Assembly: GCA_919901555.1 (NCBI GenBank)
Contig: CAKKPG010000132.1
Coordinates: forward strand, 13,957 to 77,956
Reading direction: 5' to 3'
Length of the DNA stretch: 64,000 nt
Origin: Nitrospiria bacterium
GTDB lineage: Bacteria > Nitrospirota > UBA9217
A program made the translations under genes and the position numbers. Of the stretch, positions 37,249 to 47,599 are shown in pieces. The notes beneath the pieces are model-generated. The model had not been told where the DNA came from, did no database searches, and saw only the letters and a program-made list of their open reading frames with translations. Within the stretch, counting starts at the first letter, position 1; every line of letters begins with the position of its first letter.

Positions 37249-37818
37249 TCAGTATATCCTCAGGAGGCTGAGTATCCTGTCCTTGAATATCTCGCCGAGG
37301 GTCTGCAGGTTCGGCACGCTCAGAAAGTCGTCGGCGTTGTTCGAGAACAGGACCCACGCCTCGGCCGGAAAATCCTGGGTCTCCTGGGCCAGTTCCACAT
37401 GGAGGGACACCTTCGGCAGGGCGCGCACGGTGATCGCCATATCGCTGCTGATAATGCTCTCCGCCCGCTCGGCGTCAAAGAGGGGCAGGAGCGAAGCGGC
37501 CCGCGCGACGATATCCGCCGCATACTGCGCGATGGGCAATTCGACCTTTTTCCGGAAATCCGGCAGGGGAGCGCCTTTAAAATCGCCGACGGCGCGCCAC
37601 GGCCTGGCGATCAGCGCGGTCCCGGACGAAAACAGGTAATCAAGGATTACCGATACGTGGCCGTCCGGGGCCTTTTGCCCGTGGAGAAAGATCCCTTCGC
37701 GCCGTATCACGTACTCCTGGCCGAGCATGCCCAGGAGCAGGGCGTCTTCCTCTCCGTTGTAGAGGGCGCTGATCCGTTCGCCTATGTCCGGGAAAGAAGC
37801 GTGCTCCAGGGCTTTCAC
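37249..37818 (-). CDS. Hypothetical protein (possibly DUF3786-like)
   Basis: 189-aa ORF immediately upstream of pyrF on the same strand; no catalytic motif recognised. Confidence 0.4.
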   Translation of the reverse strand: MKALEHASFPDIGERISALYNGEEDALLLGMLGQEYVIRREGIFLHGQKAPDGHVSVILDYLFSSGTALIARPWRAVGDFKGAPLPDFRKKVELPIAQYAADIVARAASLLPLFDAERAESIISSDMAITVRALPKVSLHVELAQETQDFPAEAWVLFSNNADDFLSVPNLQTLGEIFKDRILSLLRIY

Positions 37819-37950
37819 TGCGGCCTCCGTTTCAGTTTACCTGGGGGCAATTATACCTATAACCTGCGGGAAGGACAACAGGAAAATACGAATACGCGGT
37901 GAACTGCGGGAAGGTGCCGGAGGAGAAAAAACGAAGGCGGCCGGAGGCCG

Positions 37951-38436
37951 TCAGGCTTCCTGCCGGATCCGCTGGATGATCTCCGTGATCAATTCCTGCA
38001 TATTGATCTGCAGCTGGATGATGTCGGTGGGGAAGGTCTCTTCGATGCGGTACGTCGCGTTTTCCAGCAGAAAAAGACTGTAGATGATCTCCTTGACCTG
38101 GGTCTTCAGGCCCGCGAACAGGTCTTTCGGAGTGACGAACCCCTTTTCGACGAGGAGCGCGCCCAGTTTCTTGAACCCGGCGGTCTTTTTCAGGAGCACG
38201 AGCGCTGTTTCCAGATGCTCCCTCGTAAGTTTGCCCGCCTTGATGAGGATTTCACCGAGGCGGTCGTTGCTGTCCGTGGACGTGGCAAAAACGATCTGGC
38301 CTTCCTTGAGGTGGACCGCCTTTTCCGAATCATCGCTGCGAACAACGATGGTCCCGGTGAACTTCCGGGTCCCCAGTTCCTCAAATAGAGCGGGGAGCGG
38401 GGCGTCCTGGATATTTCCAGACGATGATAGCGGCAT
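37951..38436 (-). CDS. DUF4388 domain protein (stand-alone)
   Basis: 161 aa; LPALFEELGTRKFTGTIVVRSDDSEKAVHLKEGQIVFATS parallels the N-terminal domain of the 30417..31967 protein. Confidence 0.6.
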   Translation of the reverse strand: MPLSSSGNIQDAPLPALFEELGTRKFTGTIVVRSDDSEKAVHLKEGQIVFATSTDSNDRLGEILIKAGKLTREHLETALVLLKKTAGFKKLGALLVEKGFVTPKDLFAGLKTQVKEIIYSLFLLENATYRIEETFPTDIIQLQINMQELITEIIQRIRQEA

Positions 38437-38443
38437 ACCCGGC

Positions 38444-39085
38444 TTAGTACTCGAACCGGATCCCGGCGCCGCCGAGGATGATGTCTCCGGCCTTGATTTC
38501 CGCGACGATCATGAACTTCTGGCTGATCTTCCATTCCATGCCGCCGAACACGTATACGTTCGTTTCATTGCTCGCCAGATACAGGGAAGAGCCATAGGTG
38601 GACGACATCTCGATCCCGGCGTAGGGCGTAAACTTGTATCCCCGCTCGGTGAGCGGGAAGCCCTTACTGAAAATGGTCGCGAACGTAAGTTCGCTCAGGT
38701 TGCCGCCGTTGATGATGTGCGTATCAAACCCCAGGTCCACCGCCATGTCGATCGGGATGCCTTCGGTCTCCTTGACGAGCTGGTATTTCATGTCGACACC
38801 CACAAGCGTCGCGAGCTTGTCTTCTGGTCCTACATCCACCGTGGTGACGCCGAACTTGACGCCTACTTCGAAAAACGCGCCGAGCCCGTATCGGAAGGCG
38901 GGGTAGTAGCTCCGATAATTGTCACCCAGGGTGAAGTGAATGCCGGTCTGGGTCATGCCGGGGTCGATGCTCTCGGCAGTGGTGAATTCGTTCTGGGTAA
39001 GGATGCCTTTGAACGGATCGGCATCGGCCCTGACTGCGGACATCGCCAGAACGGAGAATGAAAGTACGATGATAATTTTCTTCAT
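38444..39085 (-). CDS. Outer-membrane beta-barrel protein (OmpW/porin-like), signal peptide, C-terminal aromatic residue
   Basis: 213 aa; MKKIIIVLSFSVLAMSAVRA signal, alternating hydrophobic beta-strand pattern, ends ...GIRFEY. Confidence 0.6.
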   Translation of the reverse strand: MKKIIIVLSFSVLAMSAVRADADPFKGILTQNEFTTAESIDPGMTQTGIHFTLGDNYRSYYPAFRYGLGAFFEVGVKFGVTTVDVGPEDKLATLVGVDMKYQLVKETEGIPIDMAVDLGFDTHIINGGNLSELTFATIFSKGFPLTERGYKFTPYAGIEMSSTYGSSLYLASNETNVYVFGGMEWKISQKFMIVAEIKAGDIILGGAGIRFEY

Positions 39086-39168
39086 GAGCGGGCCTCCCTG
39101 TCATGCTGCATGGTCATTCTGCGGTAGGAACTATAACATCAAATCGCTTGATTGACAAGAAAAAAATC

Positions 39169-39241
39169 GGCGCCGCGCCTTGCGCCGACCTGCTTGCGCG
39201 TACACGCAGGCAAGAGCGAAGCGGCTGACCTGAGCAGTTAC
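39169..39241. repeat. Partial copy (right end) of MITE family 2
   Basis: ggcgccgcgccttgcgccga...gcgaagcggctgacctgagcagttac matches the right ~70 nt of 36271-36455. Confidence 0.65.
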
Positions 39242-39333
39242 TCTGAAACAAAAAACAGGATGCGGTCATGCAAGGCCTTGCAACCGCACCCTGTTCGGGG
39301 CATTCGGCGCCGCGTCGAGCGGCCGTTCCTGCA

Positions 39334-39870
39334 TCAGCCGTCCTTGTTCAGTTCGATGTTCCAGTACAGGTAGTCGCGCCAGCTGAGCGGGGCGCTCTTG
39401 ATTCCGAACGTGAGTGTCACCACCGGCATCCACGGGGGCTTTACGGGCTTTCTGATCAGCCTCATTCTCGCTTCGCGCGGGGTCCTGCCGCCTTTTTTGT
39501 TATTGCACGTCAGGCATGCCGTGACGATGTTTTCCCAGGTGGTATCGCCGCCCTGCACGAGCGGTATCACGTGGTCGAAGGTGAGCTCCTCGGCGTTGTA
39601 TCCGGCGCCGCAGTACTGGCACGTATGTTTATCGCGTTGATAAATGTTGGCCCGCGAGAACCGCACTTCACGGCCGGCGCGCTTGACCTTGACGAGCTTG
39701 AGAAGACGAAGGATGGAGGGGAGCTTGAACGAAATGGTCACACCGCGGATCTCGCGGTCATAGAAGTCGATCACCTCCACCTTGCCCTGGGTAAGGAGGG
39801 TGATCGCCCGCTGCCAGGAAATGATCTTGAGAGGCTCGAACGTCGCGTTTAGAAGAAGTGTCCGTTCCAT
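39334..39870 (-). CDS. HNH endonuclease family protein
   Basis: 178 aa; CQYCG...DHVIPLVQGG...WENIVTACLTCNNKKG HNH/Zn-finger core. Confidence 0.8.
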   Translation of the reverse strand: MERTLLLNATFEPLKIISWQRAITLLTQGKVEVIDFYDREIRGVTISFKLPSILRLLKLVKVKRAGREVRFSRANIYQRDKHTCQYCGAGYNAEELTFDHVIPLVQGGDTTWENIVTACLTCNNKKGGRTPREARMRLIRKPVKPPWMPVVTLTFGIKSAPLSWRDYLYWNIELNKDG

Positions 39871-39994
39871 GACCGTCTTCTCTCCGTACTCCTCTACGGG
39901 GATTCAGCGGTTCCCGGGGCCCGTCCCGCGAGAGGCAGGAATGAACCGGGATTATCGCATGATTAAGCTCTCAAAATACAGAAAACTTTAGGCT

Positions 39995-40909
39995 TTGTCA
40001 ATAGTTTTCAAAAACCGTATAATAGCAGCTATGTCCGGTACGGTGGATCAAAGGGCGGAAATGGCGGCTTCCGCAGGCAAAGAGGACCTTGGCCGGTTCG
40101 TCCATGACCCTTCGCCCAGGGTAATCAAGGCGCTCCTGACAAACAGGAACTTGTCCGAGCAGGAGGTCCTGATCATCGCAAGCAGGAAAAACCTGCCCGG
40201 CGACCTCCTGGAATCGATCGCCAAGGACAGGCGGTGGGCCGAGAGCTATCTTTTGCGCCTCGCCCTGGCGAAGAATCCGAAAACCCCGATGTTTGCGGCG
40301 CTCTCCATGGCGCGCTACCTGAGGCTCTTCGACCTTGCGGACATAGCCCGGAGCCATTTCCTTCCCCTCGTTTACCGGCACAAGCTCGAGGCGATTATCA
40401 TTGAAAAAATCCCCACCATGGCCCTGGGGCTCAAGAAGTCCCTGGCGAAAACGGTCGTGGGCAACGTGCTGCTCACCATGCTGCGGGACCAGGACCCTGA
40501 AGTCGTGCAGGCCTGCCTCAATAATCCCCATCTCCTGGAAAGCCACCTCTTTAAGGTCATCACCCGCCATGACACCGTGCCCGGCACGATCCGGATGATC
40601 GCCGAACACGCCGCGTGGTCAAACCGATATACTGTCCGGCTGGCGCTCGCGCGGAACAGCCATACTCCGCTTGCGCGGTGCGTCAGGTTTTTTGAGGACA
40701 TGAAAATCCGCGATCTTCGCGACCTCTACGAAGACCCCACGGCGCCCACGGGCATGAAGCCCTACATCCACCGGGAAATCATAGAGCGGGGGGAGGAAGT
40801 GGAGCGGGACGCAGAAGAGAAGAAGGAAGTTTATGAGATCGTCGAGGAAGATGGCGCTGCGGAACCGGAGCCGGACGATACAGAAGAAGGCGGGCAGGAT
40901 GAAGAATAA
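39995..40909 (+). CDS. Hypothetical repeat protein (HEAT/LRV-like L..N..TP repeats) with acidic C-terminal tail
   Basis: 304 aa; recurring LTNRNLSEQEV / LAKNPKTPMF / LNNPHLLESHLF / LARNSHTPLARCV units; C-terminal EEDGAAEPEPDDTEEGGQDEE. Confidence 0.5.
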   Translation: MSIVFKNRIIAAMSGTVDQRAEMAASAGKEDLGRFVHDPSPRVIKALLTNRNLSEQEVLIIASRKNLPGDLLESIAKDRRWAESYLLRLALAKNPKTPMFAALSMARYLRLFDLADIARSHFLPLVYRHKLEAIIIEKIPTMALGLKKSLAKTVVGNVLLTMLRDQDPEVVQACLNNPHLLESHLFKVITRHDTVPGTIRMIAEHAAWSNRYTVRLALARNSHTPLARCVRFFEDMKIRDLRDLYEDPTAPTGMKPYIHREIIERGEEVERDAEEKKEVYEIVEEDGAAEPEPDDTEEGGQDEE

Positions 40910-41071
40910 CGTACCTAAACAGAAGCGCTCCGCTTGCTGTCATACATAGCCCGCAACTGGCTTGGGCAGGAAGGCCCTCTCTCCCCGCCTCTCACGTGAT
41001 CCCTCCTCAGTGACGGGGATAACTGAGCAGAGCGAAAGGGCTGCTGCCCCCGTAACTGAAGGATTACCCTC

Positions 41072-41845
41072 TCACGCCTTCTGCAAAATTTCAACCATCT
41101 GATGATGAATCCTGCCATTGCTGGCAAGGATCTCCCTATCGGAGATGCTGAACCGCGTACCGGAGAAGTCCGTGACCGTGCCGCCCGCCTCCCTGACGAT
41201 CAGGCTGCCGGCGGCGACGTCCCAGGGGTTGAGCTTGAGTTCCCAGTAGCCGTCAAGCCGCCCGGCCGCCACGGAGCAGAGGTCCAGCGCGGCTGACCCG
41301 CTCCGCCGCACTTCCTGCGACGCCATGAGGAGGGCGGAGAAATAGTTCAGGTTGTTCTTTTCGCTCGTCATGCGGTCATAGGGAAAACCCGTGGCCAGAA
41401 GGCTCCGGATGAGCGTCTCCGCTTTCGAAACAGTGATGCCCTTCCCGTTGAGGTATGCTCCCCGCCCTTTCTCCCCGGTAAAAACTTCATTTCTCATGGC
41501 GTCATAGACCACGCCGAGGATGACCTCGCCCGATTTTTCGAGCGCGATGGACACGGAGAAATTGGGGTAGCCGTGGGCGTAGTTCGTGGTTCCGTCCAGC
41601 GGATCGATGATCCAGCGGAACTCCGACCCCTTGTCAATGTCCGTTTCCTCCTCCGCCACAATACCGTGGCCGGGAAAGGCTGCATGGAGGACCGCCACTA
41701 TGGTCCGCTCCGAGAGCCGGTCCATCTCGGTGACAAGGTTGATCTTGCCTTTATAGGAGATCTCGCGGGCGCCGTTGATATTGTCCCGCAGTATTTCGCC
41801 CGCCTTGAGCGCCGCTTCCTTTGCCACGGTCATGAAATCCTTCAT
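41072..41845 (-). CDS. suhB: Inositol monophosphatase family protein (SuhB-like)
   Basis: 257 aa; WIIDPLDGTTNYAHGYPNFSVSIAL and EE.D metal-site motifs. Confidence 0.85.
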   Translation of the reverse strand: MKDFMTVAKEAALKAGEILRDNINGAREISYKGKINLVTEMDRLSERTIVAVLHAAFPGHGIVAEEETDIDKGSEFRWIIDPLDGTTNYAHGYPNFSVSIALEKSGEVILGVVYDAMRNEVFTGEKGRGAYLNGKGITVSKAETLIRSLLATGFPYDRMTSEKNNLNYFSALLMASQEVRRSGSAALDLCSVAAGRLDGYWELKLNPWDVAAGSLIVREAGGTVTDFSGTRFSISDREILASNGRIHHQMVEILQKA

Positions 41846-42053
41846 TCGCCCTCCCTGGCGTTACAGACACATGATCCTTTATCGGGATACGCAAGGGAGG
41901 CATTCTACCACATCTTTTCCGAACCTCAATAATAAAATCTGCGGTCGGTGCGGCCACGCTGTTCCAGGCACACATAAAAAAGGGTAAGGCCCATATGCCT
42001 TACCCTGCGCGCAGATACTGTTATGAATACATGTTTGGCGGAGATCAGAGGGA

Positions 42054-42260
42054 CTACTGCACGATCCGCTCCATCTCCACACCGAGGTAGTCCGCCAGAA
42101 GTTTTACCGTGCGCGGCTTCATGGTCACGCCCTTTAAGGTCCTCGATACCGTGACCTTATGGAGCCCCAGCTTATCAGCGATCTCCGTGTAGCTCAGTCC
42201 TTTTTCCAAGCGTTTTTTCTCAAGGATTTCAATTTTATACATGGCTTTTTCCTCGCTCAT
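42054..42260 (-). CDS. XRE-family helix-turn-helix transcriptional regulator
   Basis: 68 aa; LSYTEIADKLGLHKVTVSRTLKG HTH. Confidence 0.7.
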   Translation of the reverse strand: MSEEKAMYKIEILEKKRLEKGLSYTEIADKLGLHKVTVSRTLKGVTMKPRTVKLLADYLGVEMERIVQ

Positions 42261-42391
42261 ATAGGACTCCCTCTTCGGCTTTTGAAACCACGAATAAAAC
42301 TCTTATAAAATTATAATTATGAATTTCGTATTATTATAGCACAGATTTGTGCAGTTTACATCGTATGCGAGGAACATTGTGCAACTTTATG

Positions 42392-42420
42392 TTGACATTC
42401 TTGTTGAAGCAGGGTATATA
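42392..42420 (+). promoter_or_regulatory. Near-consensus sigma70 promoter (TTGACA-17-TATATA) ~10 nt upstream of the XRE gene ATG, which suggests a leaderless or very short-leader mRNA
   Basis: ttgacattcttgttgaagcagggtatata in the AT-rich divergent region between two XRE genes. Confidence 0.45.
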
Positions 42421-42430
42421 TTATCTTATT

Positions 42431-42685
42431 ATGAATCTTTCTGGAAAACTGAGAAACTTTCGCCTTAAGAGCAAATTGTCGATGAGCCAGGTTGCGCGGC
42501 TGTCGGGGACCTCGTCTGATCCGCGCGGCAGGATTACCCAGGGTTACATTTCACGCTTGGAATCGGGCAAAGAAACCAATCCGAGCCTGCTCAAATTGGT
42601 GACGCTCTGCCGGATCTATAAAATCAGGCCGAGAGACCTCTTTCCTGAACCCTCCCGGCAACAGCGCTCAAAGTCCTCCCGTTAG
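42431..42685 (+). CDS. XRE-family helix-turn-helix transcriptional regulator (divergent from 42054..42260)
   Basis: LSMSQVARLSGTSSDPRGRITQGYISRLESGKETNPSLLKLVTLCRIYKIRPRDL HTH; start taken at the ATG at 42431 rather than the ORF-track start at 42347. Confidence 0.6.
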   Translation: MNLSGKLRNFRLKSKLSMSQVARLSGTSSDPRGRITQGYISRLESGKETNPSLLKLVTLCRIYKIRPRDLFPEPSRQQRSKSSR

Positions 42686-42732
42686 ATCCGAGCCGGCGCC
42701 TACCATGCTTCCCGATAAACAGTGATCCATCG

Positions 42733-43569
42733 TCACCGGGTCGTCCAGCGGTGAGGAATGTGGCATCCTATGCAGTGTTTGCCCGGCCGATGAACGGGTT
42801 TGCGCGCCAGGACCTCGCGCGTATGGCACCGGAGGCAATCATCATCAACAGGCTTGATGCAGGTATGGGGCTTGTGGCACTCGTAGCAGTTGAGCCTCGC
42901 CATGGGCGTTTTTTCCGGGAATCCCTCCTTCGATGATTTTTTATGGCATGACAGGCAGCGCGCGCGGTTCGGGATGAACGCCTCCTGCGCCTTCGATGAA
43001 AAGGGATGGCACGCCATGCAAGAAACCTCCCCCATTCCCACTCCGTGGATCTTCCAGTCCTCATGGCAGCGGAGGCATGCGCTCTCGTCCGGCCGGAAGG
43101 CGTGAATCTTCCTGCTGTGGCAGTCCTTGCATACCATCCGTTCCGCAAAAACATGCCTGGCATGGCCCGTTGACCTGTTTACGCTGATGGAGCCCTGCGC
43201 GGCCTCGTCCCAGTGGCACTCGGTGCACATCTTCCACGGCGTCTCGACCCCATGCGCCTCCGGCGTCTTCCGGTCGGTGGTAAAGACGAACTTTATGAGC
43301 AGCCGGTTCTGCTCGAGCAGGCCGAGCTGATGGCAGTCCTGGCATACGATGCTGTGGTGTCCCGAGAGTTTCCACGCGATATACGCCTCTTCCATGAGGT
43401 GACAGCTGCTGCAGAATTCCGGGCTCTTCTGGATGTAGTTGTAGTACCGGACGGCGAGCACGATCCCGAGAACGGAGATCACAAGCATGATCGAGATGAG
43501 GATCGTTTTGTCCCGGGGACTTAAGCCCCGCTCGAGGCGGTCGAATATTTTGGCGAGAAGGTTGTACAT
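42733..43569 (-). CDS. Membrane-anchored decaheme c-type cytochrome (NapC/NirT-like N-terminal anchor, 10 CxxCH motifs)
   Basis: CSSCH, CQDCH, CTECH, CKDCH, CLRCH, CMACH, CLSCH, CYECH, CLRCH, CIGCH; N-terminal TM helix ILISIMLVISVLGIVLAV. Start uncertain (the ATG at 43569 or the upstream GTG at 43599). Confidence 0.8.
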   Translation of the reverse strand: MYNLLAKIFDRLERGLSPRDKTILISIMLVISVLGIVLAVRYYNYIQKSPEFCSSCHLMEEAYIAWKLSGHHSIVCQDCHQLGLLEQNRLLIKFVFTTDRKTPEAHGVETPWKMCTECHWDEAAQGSISVNRSTGHARHVFAERMVCKDCHSRKIHAFRPDESACLRCHEDWKIHGVGMGEVSCMACHPFSSKAQEAFIPNRARCLSCHKKSSKEGFPEKTPMARLNCYECHKPHTCIKPVDDDCLRCHTREVLARKPVHRPGKHCIGCHIPHRWTTR

Positions 43570-43613
43570 GGGAAGAGTTCGGTATACGGCAGGCAGCACG
43601 CAGTAACAGGAAG

Positions 43614-44681
<1,068 letters not shown>

Positions 44682-44706
44682 TATCTGGAAAACCCTGACC
44701 TCTTTC

Positions 44707-45819
44707 TTATTTCTCGACCACGATCCGCAGCATGCGCCGGAGCGGCTCTGCCGCGCCCCAGAGGAGCTGGTCGCCGCAGGTGAATGCGTTCAGGAACGTC
44801 GGCCCCATGTTCATCTTGCGCAAGCGTCCGATCGGGACGGTAAGCGTTCCGGTGATTGCAGCAGGCGTCAGTTCCTTGATCGTGACCTCGCGCACGTTCG
44901 GTACGACCTTCACCCACTTGTTATGTTTCGAGATCATGTCCGTGATCTCGTTCAGAGGCACGTCTTTGGTCATTTTGATCGTGAGTGCATGGCTGTGGCA
45001 GCGCATGGCGCCGACGCGAACGCAGGTGCCGTCGATGGGGACCGGGTTCGACTCGCGGCCGAGGATCTTGTTCGTCTCGGCCTGGCCCTTCCATTCTTCC
45101 TTGCTCTGGCCGTTCTCGAGCTGCTTGTCGATCCAGGGGATAACGGAGCCCGCCAGCGGCACACCGAAGAACTCCTTGGGATAGGCATCGGAGCGGATAT
45201 GGTCCGCCACCTTTTTATCTATATCCAGGATAGCTCCTGCAGGGTCGTCCAGCAACGGCTTGACTGTACCGTGGATAGAGCCCATCTGCTTCAGCAGCTC
45301 ACGCATATTGTTTGCGCCGGCCCCTGAGGCCGCCTGATAGGTCATGGCGCTCATCCACTCGACGAGCCCTTTTTCGTACAGCCCGCCCAGGGCCATGAGC
45401 ATGAGCGACACGGTGCAATTGCCGCCGATATAGTTCTTGATGCCCTTGGCAAGACCGTCCTTGATCACCTTCATGTTCACGGGATCAAGGATGATGATGG
45501 CGTCCTTTTCCATTCGGAGAGTTGACGCTGCATCTATCCAGTATCCTTTCCAGCCCGAAGCGCGAAGCTTGGGGTATATCTCGCTCGTGTAATCGCCGCC
45601 CTGGCAGGAGATAACGGTGTCCAGCTTCTTGAGTTCATCAATATTCTTCGCGTCCTTGAGCGTCGGGACGTCCTTGCCGACATTCGGCCCCTTCCCGCCC
45701 ACGTTCGATGTCGTGAAGAACACCGGATCGACAAGGTCGAAATCCTTCTCTTCCTTCATACGGCCCATGAGCACCGAGCCCACCATGCCGCGCCAACCGA
45801 TAAAGCCTACTCGCATCAT
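44707..45819 (-). CDS. asd: Aspartate-semialdehyde dehydrogenase, long E. coli-like type (second asd paralog)
   Basis: 370 aa; near-collinear with E. coli Asd ([77 protein letters not shown]). Confidence 0.9.
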   Translation of the reverse strand: MMRVGFIGWRGMVGSVLMGRMKEEKDFDLVDPVFFTTSNVGGKGPNVGKDVPTLKDAKNIDELKKLDTVISCQGGDYTSEIYPKLRASGWKGYWIDAASTLRMEKDAIIILDPVNMKVIKDGLAKGIKNYIGGNCTVSLMLMALGGLYEKGLVEWMSAMTYQAASGAGANNMRELLKQMGSIHGTVKPLLDDPAGAILDIDKKVADHIRSDAYPKEFFGVPLAGSVIPWIDKQLENGQSKEEWKGQAETNKILGRESNPVPIDGTCVRVGAMRCHSHALTIKMTKDVPLNEITDMISKHNKWVKVVPNVREVTIKELTPAAITGTLTVPIGRLRKMNMGPTFLNAFTCGDQLLWGAAEPLRRMLRIVVEK

Positions 45820-45925
45820 TGTTCTACTCCTGTCAAGAAATATCTGTTTCAGTAAAGCCTTATTTATCTGCCTTACCCACTTCGGTGGTCAAGCGGCCCC
45901 GCTGCCTGGCGATGCCGAAACCCGC

Positions 45926-46135
45926 TCAAGCCGCCTTCAATTTCTCAATTTTCTGCTCAACGGTCTTGATAATCGTTTGAATATCATCTACCTCATGCTC
46001 ATCAAAATATTTCTCGCCGCATTGAGTACAGACGTATGCCTGAACCTCGCGGATATAAAGGTGATACCCTTTCCTATCCACGGAGTAAGGAACGTTTTTC
46101 TTTTCCATCTCGCCATTGCACATCATGCATTTCAT
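45926..46135 (-). CDS. YgiT-type zinc-finger protein (MqsA-N-terminal-like; antitoxin-like partner)
   Basis: CMMCNGEM...CTQCGEKYFDEHEV paired CxxC motifs (TIGR03831-like); directly downstream of the DUF4258 gene. Confidence 0.55.
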   Translation of the reverse strand: MKCMMCNGEMEKKNVPYSVDRKGYHLYIREVQAYVCTQCGEKYFDEHEVDDIQTIIKTVEQKIEKLKAA

Positions 46136-46455
46136 GGCTTTTTCCTCCTCACCTTGAAACCAGGCTCCCATTTGTCCGGAGTAGGAGCATATACCGTTAT
46201 AACTGCCAAATACTCATCCTTCGGCGCGCAGACCACATGTACTGGCCTGTTGTTCTTAGTAACATTCATCAATAAACAGCTATGTCCCCTCTTATCTTCA
46301 GGATAGTCCTCAATAATCTCGCCGTTATAAACAACCTCTCTTACTTCATCCTTGGTAATAAGTTCCGTCTCAGCATTCATTTCATCAAGCGCGTGAATGC
46401 TATACAGTATCCTTTTGTCAGCAGCAATCCTTATACTATTGTGAATATCTTCCAT
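46132..46455 (-). CDS. DUF4258-family protein (toxin-like partner of the YgiT zinc-finger proteins)
   Basis: 107 aa, AT-rich gene; the DUF4258 + YgiT zinc-finger gene pair is a recurrent TA-like arrangement. Confidence 0.5.
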   Translation of the reverse strand: MEDIHNSIRIAADKRILYSIHALDEMNAETELITKDEVREVVYNGEIIEDYPEDKRGHSCLLMNVTKNNRPVHVVCAPKDEYLAVITVYAPTPDKWEPGFKVRRKKP

Positions 46456-46510
46456 TGGACCTAAGCTTTGCCCGGCTTACTGTTTTTGATTTTCATTCCG
46501 CATTCCGCAT

Positions 46511-47587
46511 TCATATCATCCCCGCTACCATGTCCCCCACTTCCGTCGTGGACATGCCCATCTTCCCGGCGGCCTGGCTCTTCATCTTCTTCATTACCGC
46601 TATCATGGCCGCTTCGATCGACTGCGAGGACTTTGCTTCCCCGAGCGCATCCAGCATCATCATGGCCGCGCCGATGGCCGCCATGGGGTTGATGACGTTC
46701 TGACCTGCATACTTCGGCGCGCTTCCGCCCATGGGCTCGAACATGGAAACTCCTTCAGGATTGATGTTCCCGCCGGAAGCAACGCCGAGCCCGCCCTGGA
46801 TCATGGCGCCGAGATCGGTGATGATGTCGCCGAAAAGGTTTTCCGTCACGGCCACGTCGAACCATTCGGGGTTCTTCACGAACCACATGTTCGCGGCATC
46901 GACGTGGTTGTAGTCGCGCTTGAGCTCGGGGTACTGCTTCGAGCCCATCTCTTCAAAAGCGCGGTACCAGAGGTCGCCGCAGTGGGTGAGTACATTCCGT
47001 TTGTGGATAAGCGTGATCGGTTTTTCCGCGTATTTCTTGTCCTTCGCGTTGCGCTTCCTCTTCAGCTCGAAGGCATACTTGAGGCAGCGGTCTACAGTGC
47101 GGCGGTCGTACACCATCAACTGCGTGGCGATCTCCTCGCTCGTGCCCACGCGCGTTGCGCCGCCGTGGCCCGTGTAAATGCCGCCGGTGTTCTCGCGGAT
47201 GACGATGAAATCGATGTGCTCGGGGCCCTTGTCCTTGAGCGGGGTCTCCACGTTCGGATAGAGCTTCACCGGCCGGAGATTGATGTACTGGTCCAGGGCA
47301 AAGCGTATCTTGAGCAGGATGCCGGTCTCGAGGATGCCCGGTTTTACGTCGGGATGGCCGATAGCGCCCAGAAACATGGAGTCGAACTTTTTGAATTCGT
47401 TGATCGCGCTGTCAGGAAGCGTCTCGCCGGTCTTCAGATACCGCGCGCCGCCGAAGTCGAACTCGGTGAACTCAAGCATGAACCCGCCCTTTGCGGCGGC
47501 GGCTTTCAGGACCTTTATAGCCTCCCGAACCACTTCCGGCCCGGTCCCGTCACCGGGGATCGTTGCGATCTTATAGGTTTTGGCCAT
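46511..47587 (-). CDS. leuB: 3-isopropylmalate dehydrogenase
   Basis: 358 aa; [47 protein letters not shown] motifs of isopropylmalate/isocitrate DH; context with leuCD. Confidence 0.85.
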   Translation of the reverse strand: MAKTYKIATIPGDGTGPEVVREAIKVLKAAAAKGGFMLEFTEFDFGGARYLKTGETLPDSAINEFKKFDSMFLGAIGHPDVKPGILETGILLKIRFALDQYINLRPVKLYPNVETPLKDKGPEHIDFIVIRENTGGIYTGHGGATRVGTSEEIATQLMVYDRRTVDRCLKYAFELKRKRNAKDKKYAEKPITLIHKRNVLTHCGDLWYRAFEEMGSKQYPELKRDYNHVDAANMWFVKNPEWFDVAVTENLFGDIITDLGAMIQGGLGVASGGNINPEGVSMFEPMGGSAPKYAGQNVINPMAAIGAAMMMLDALGEAKSSQSIEAAMIAVMKKMKSQAAGKMGMSTTEVGDMVAGMI

Positions 47588-47599
47588 TATTCTGAAATC

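Noticed and set aside
36820-37902. 360-aa plus-strand ORF
   Set aside because: Antisense to pyrF and the 37249..37818 gene.
38084-39061. 325-aa plus-strand ORF
   Set aside because: Antisense to the DUF4388 and outer-membrane protein genes.
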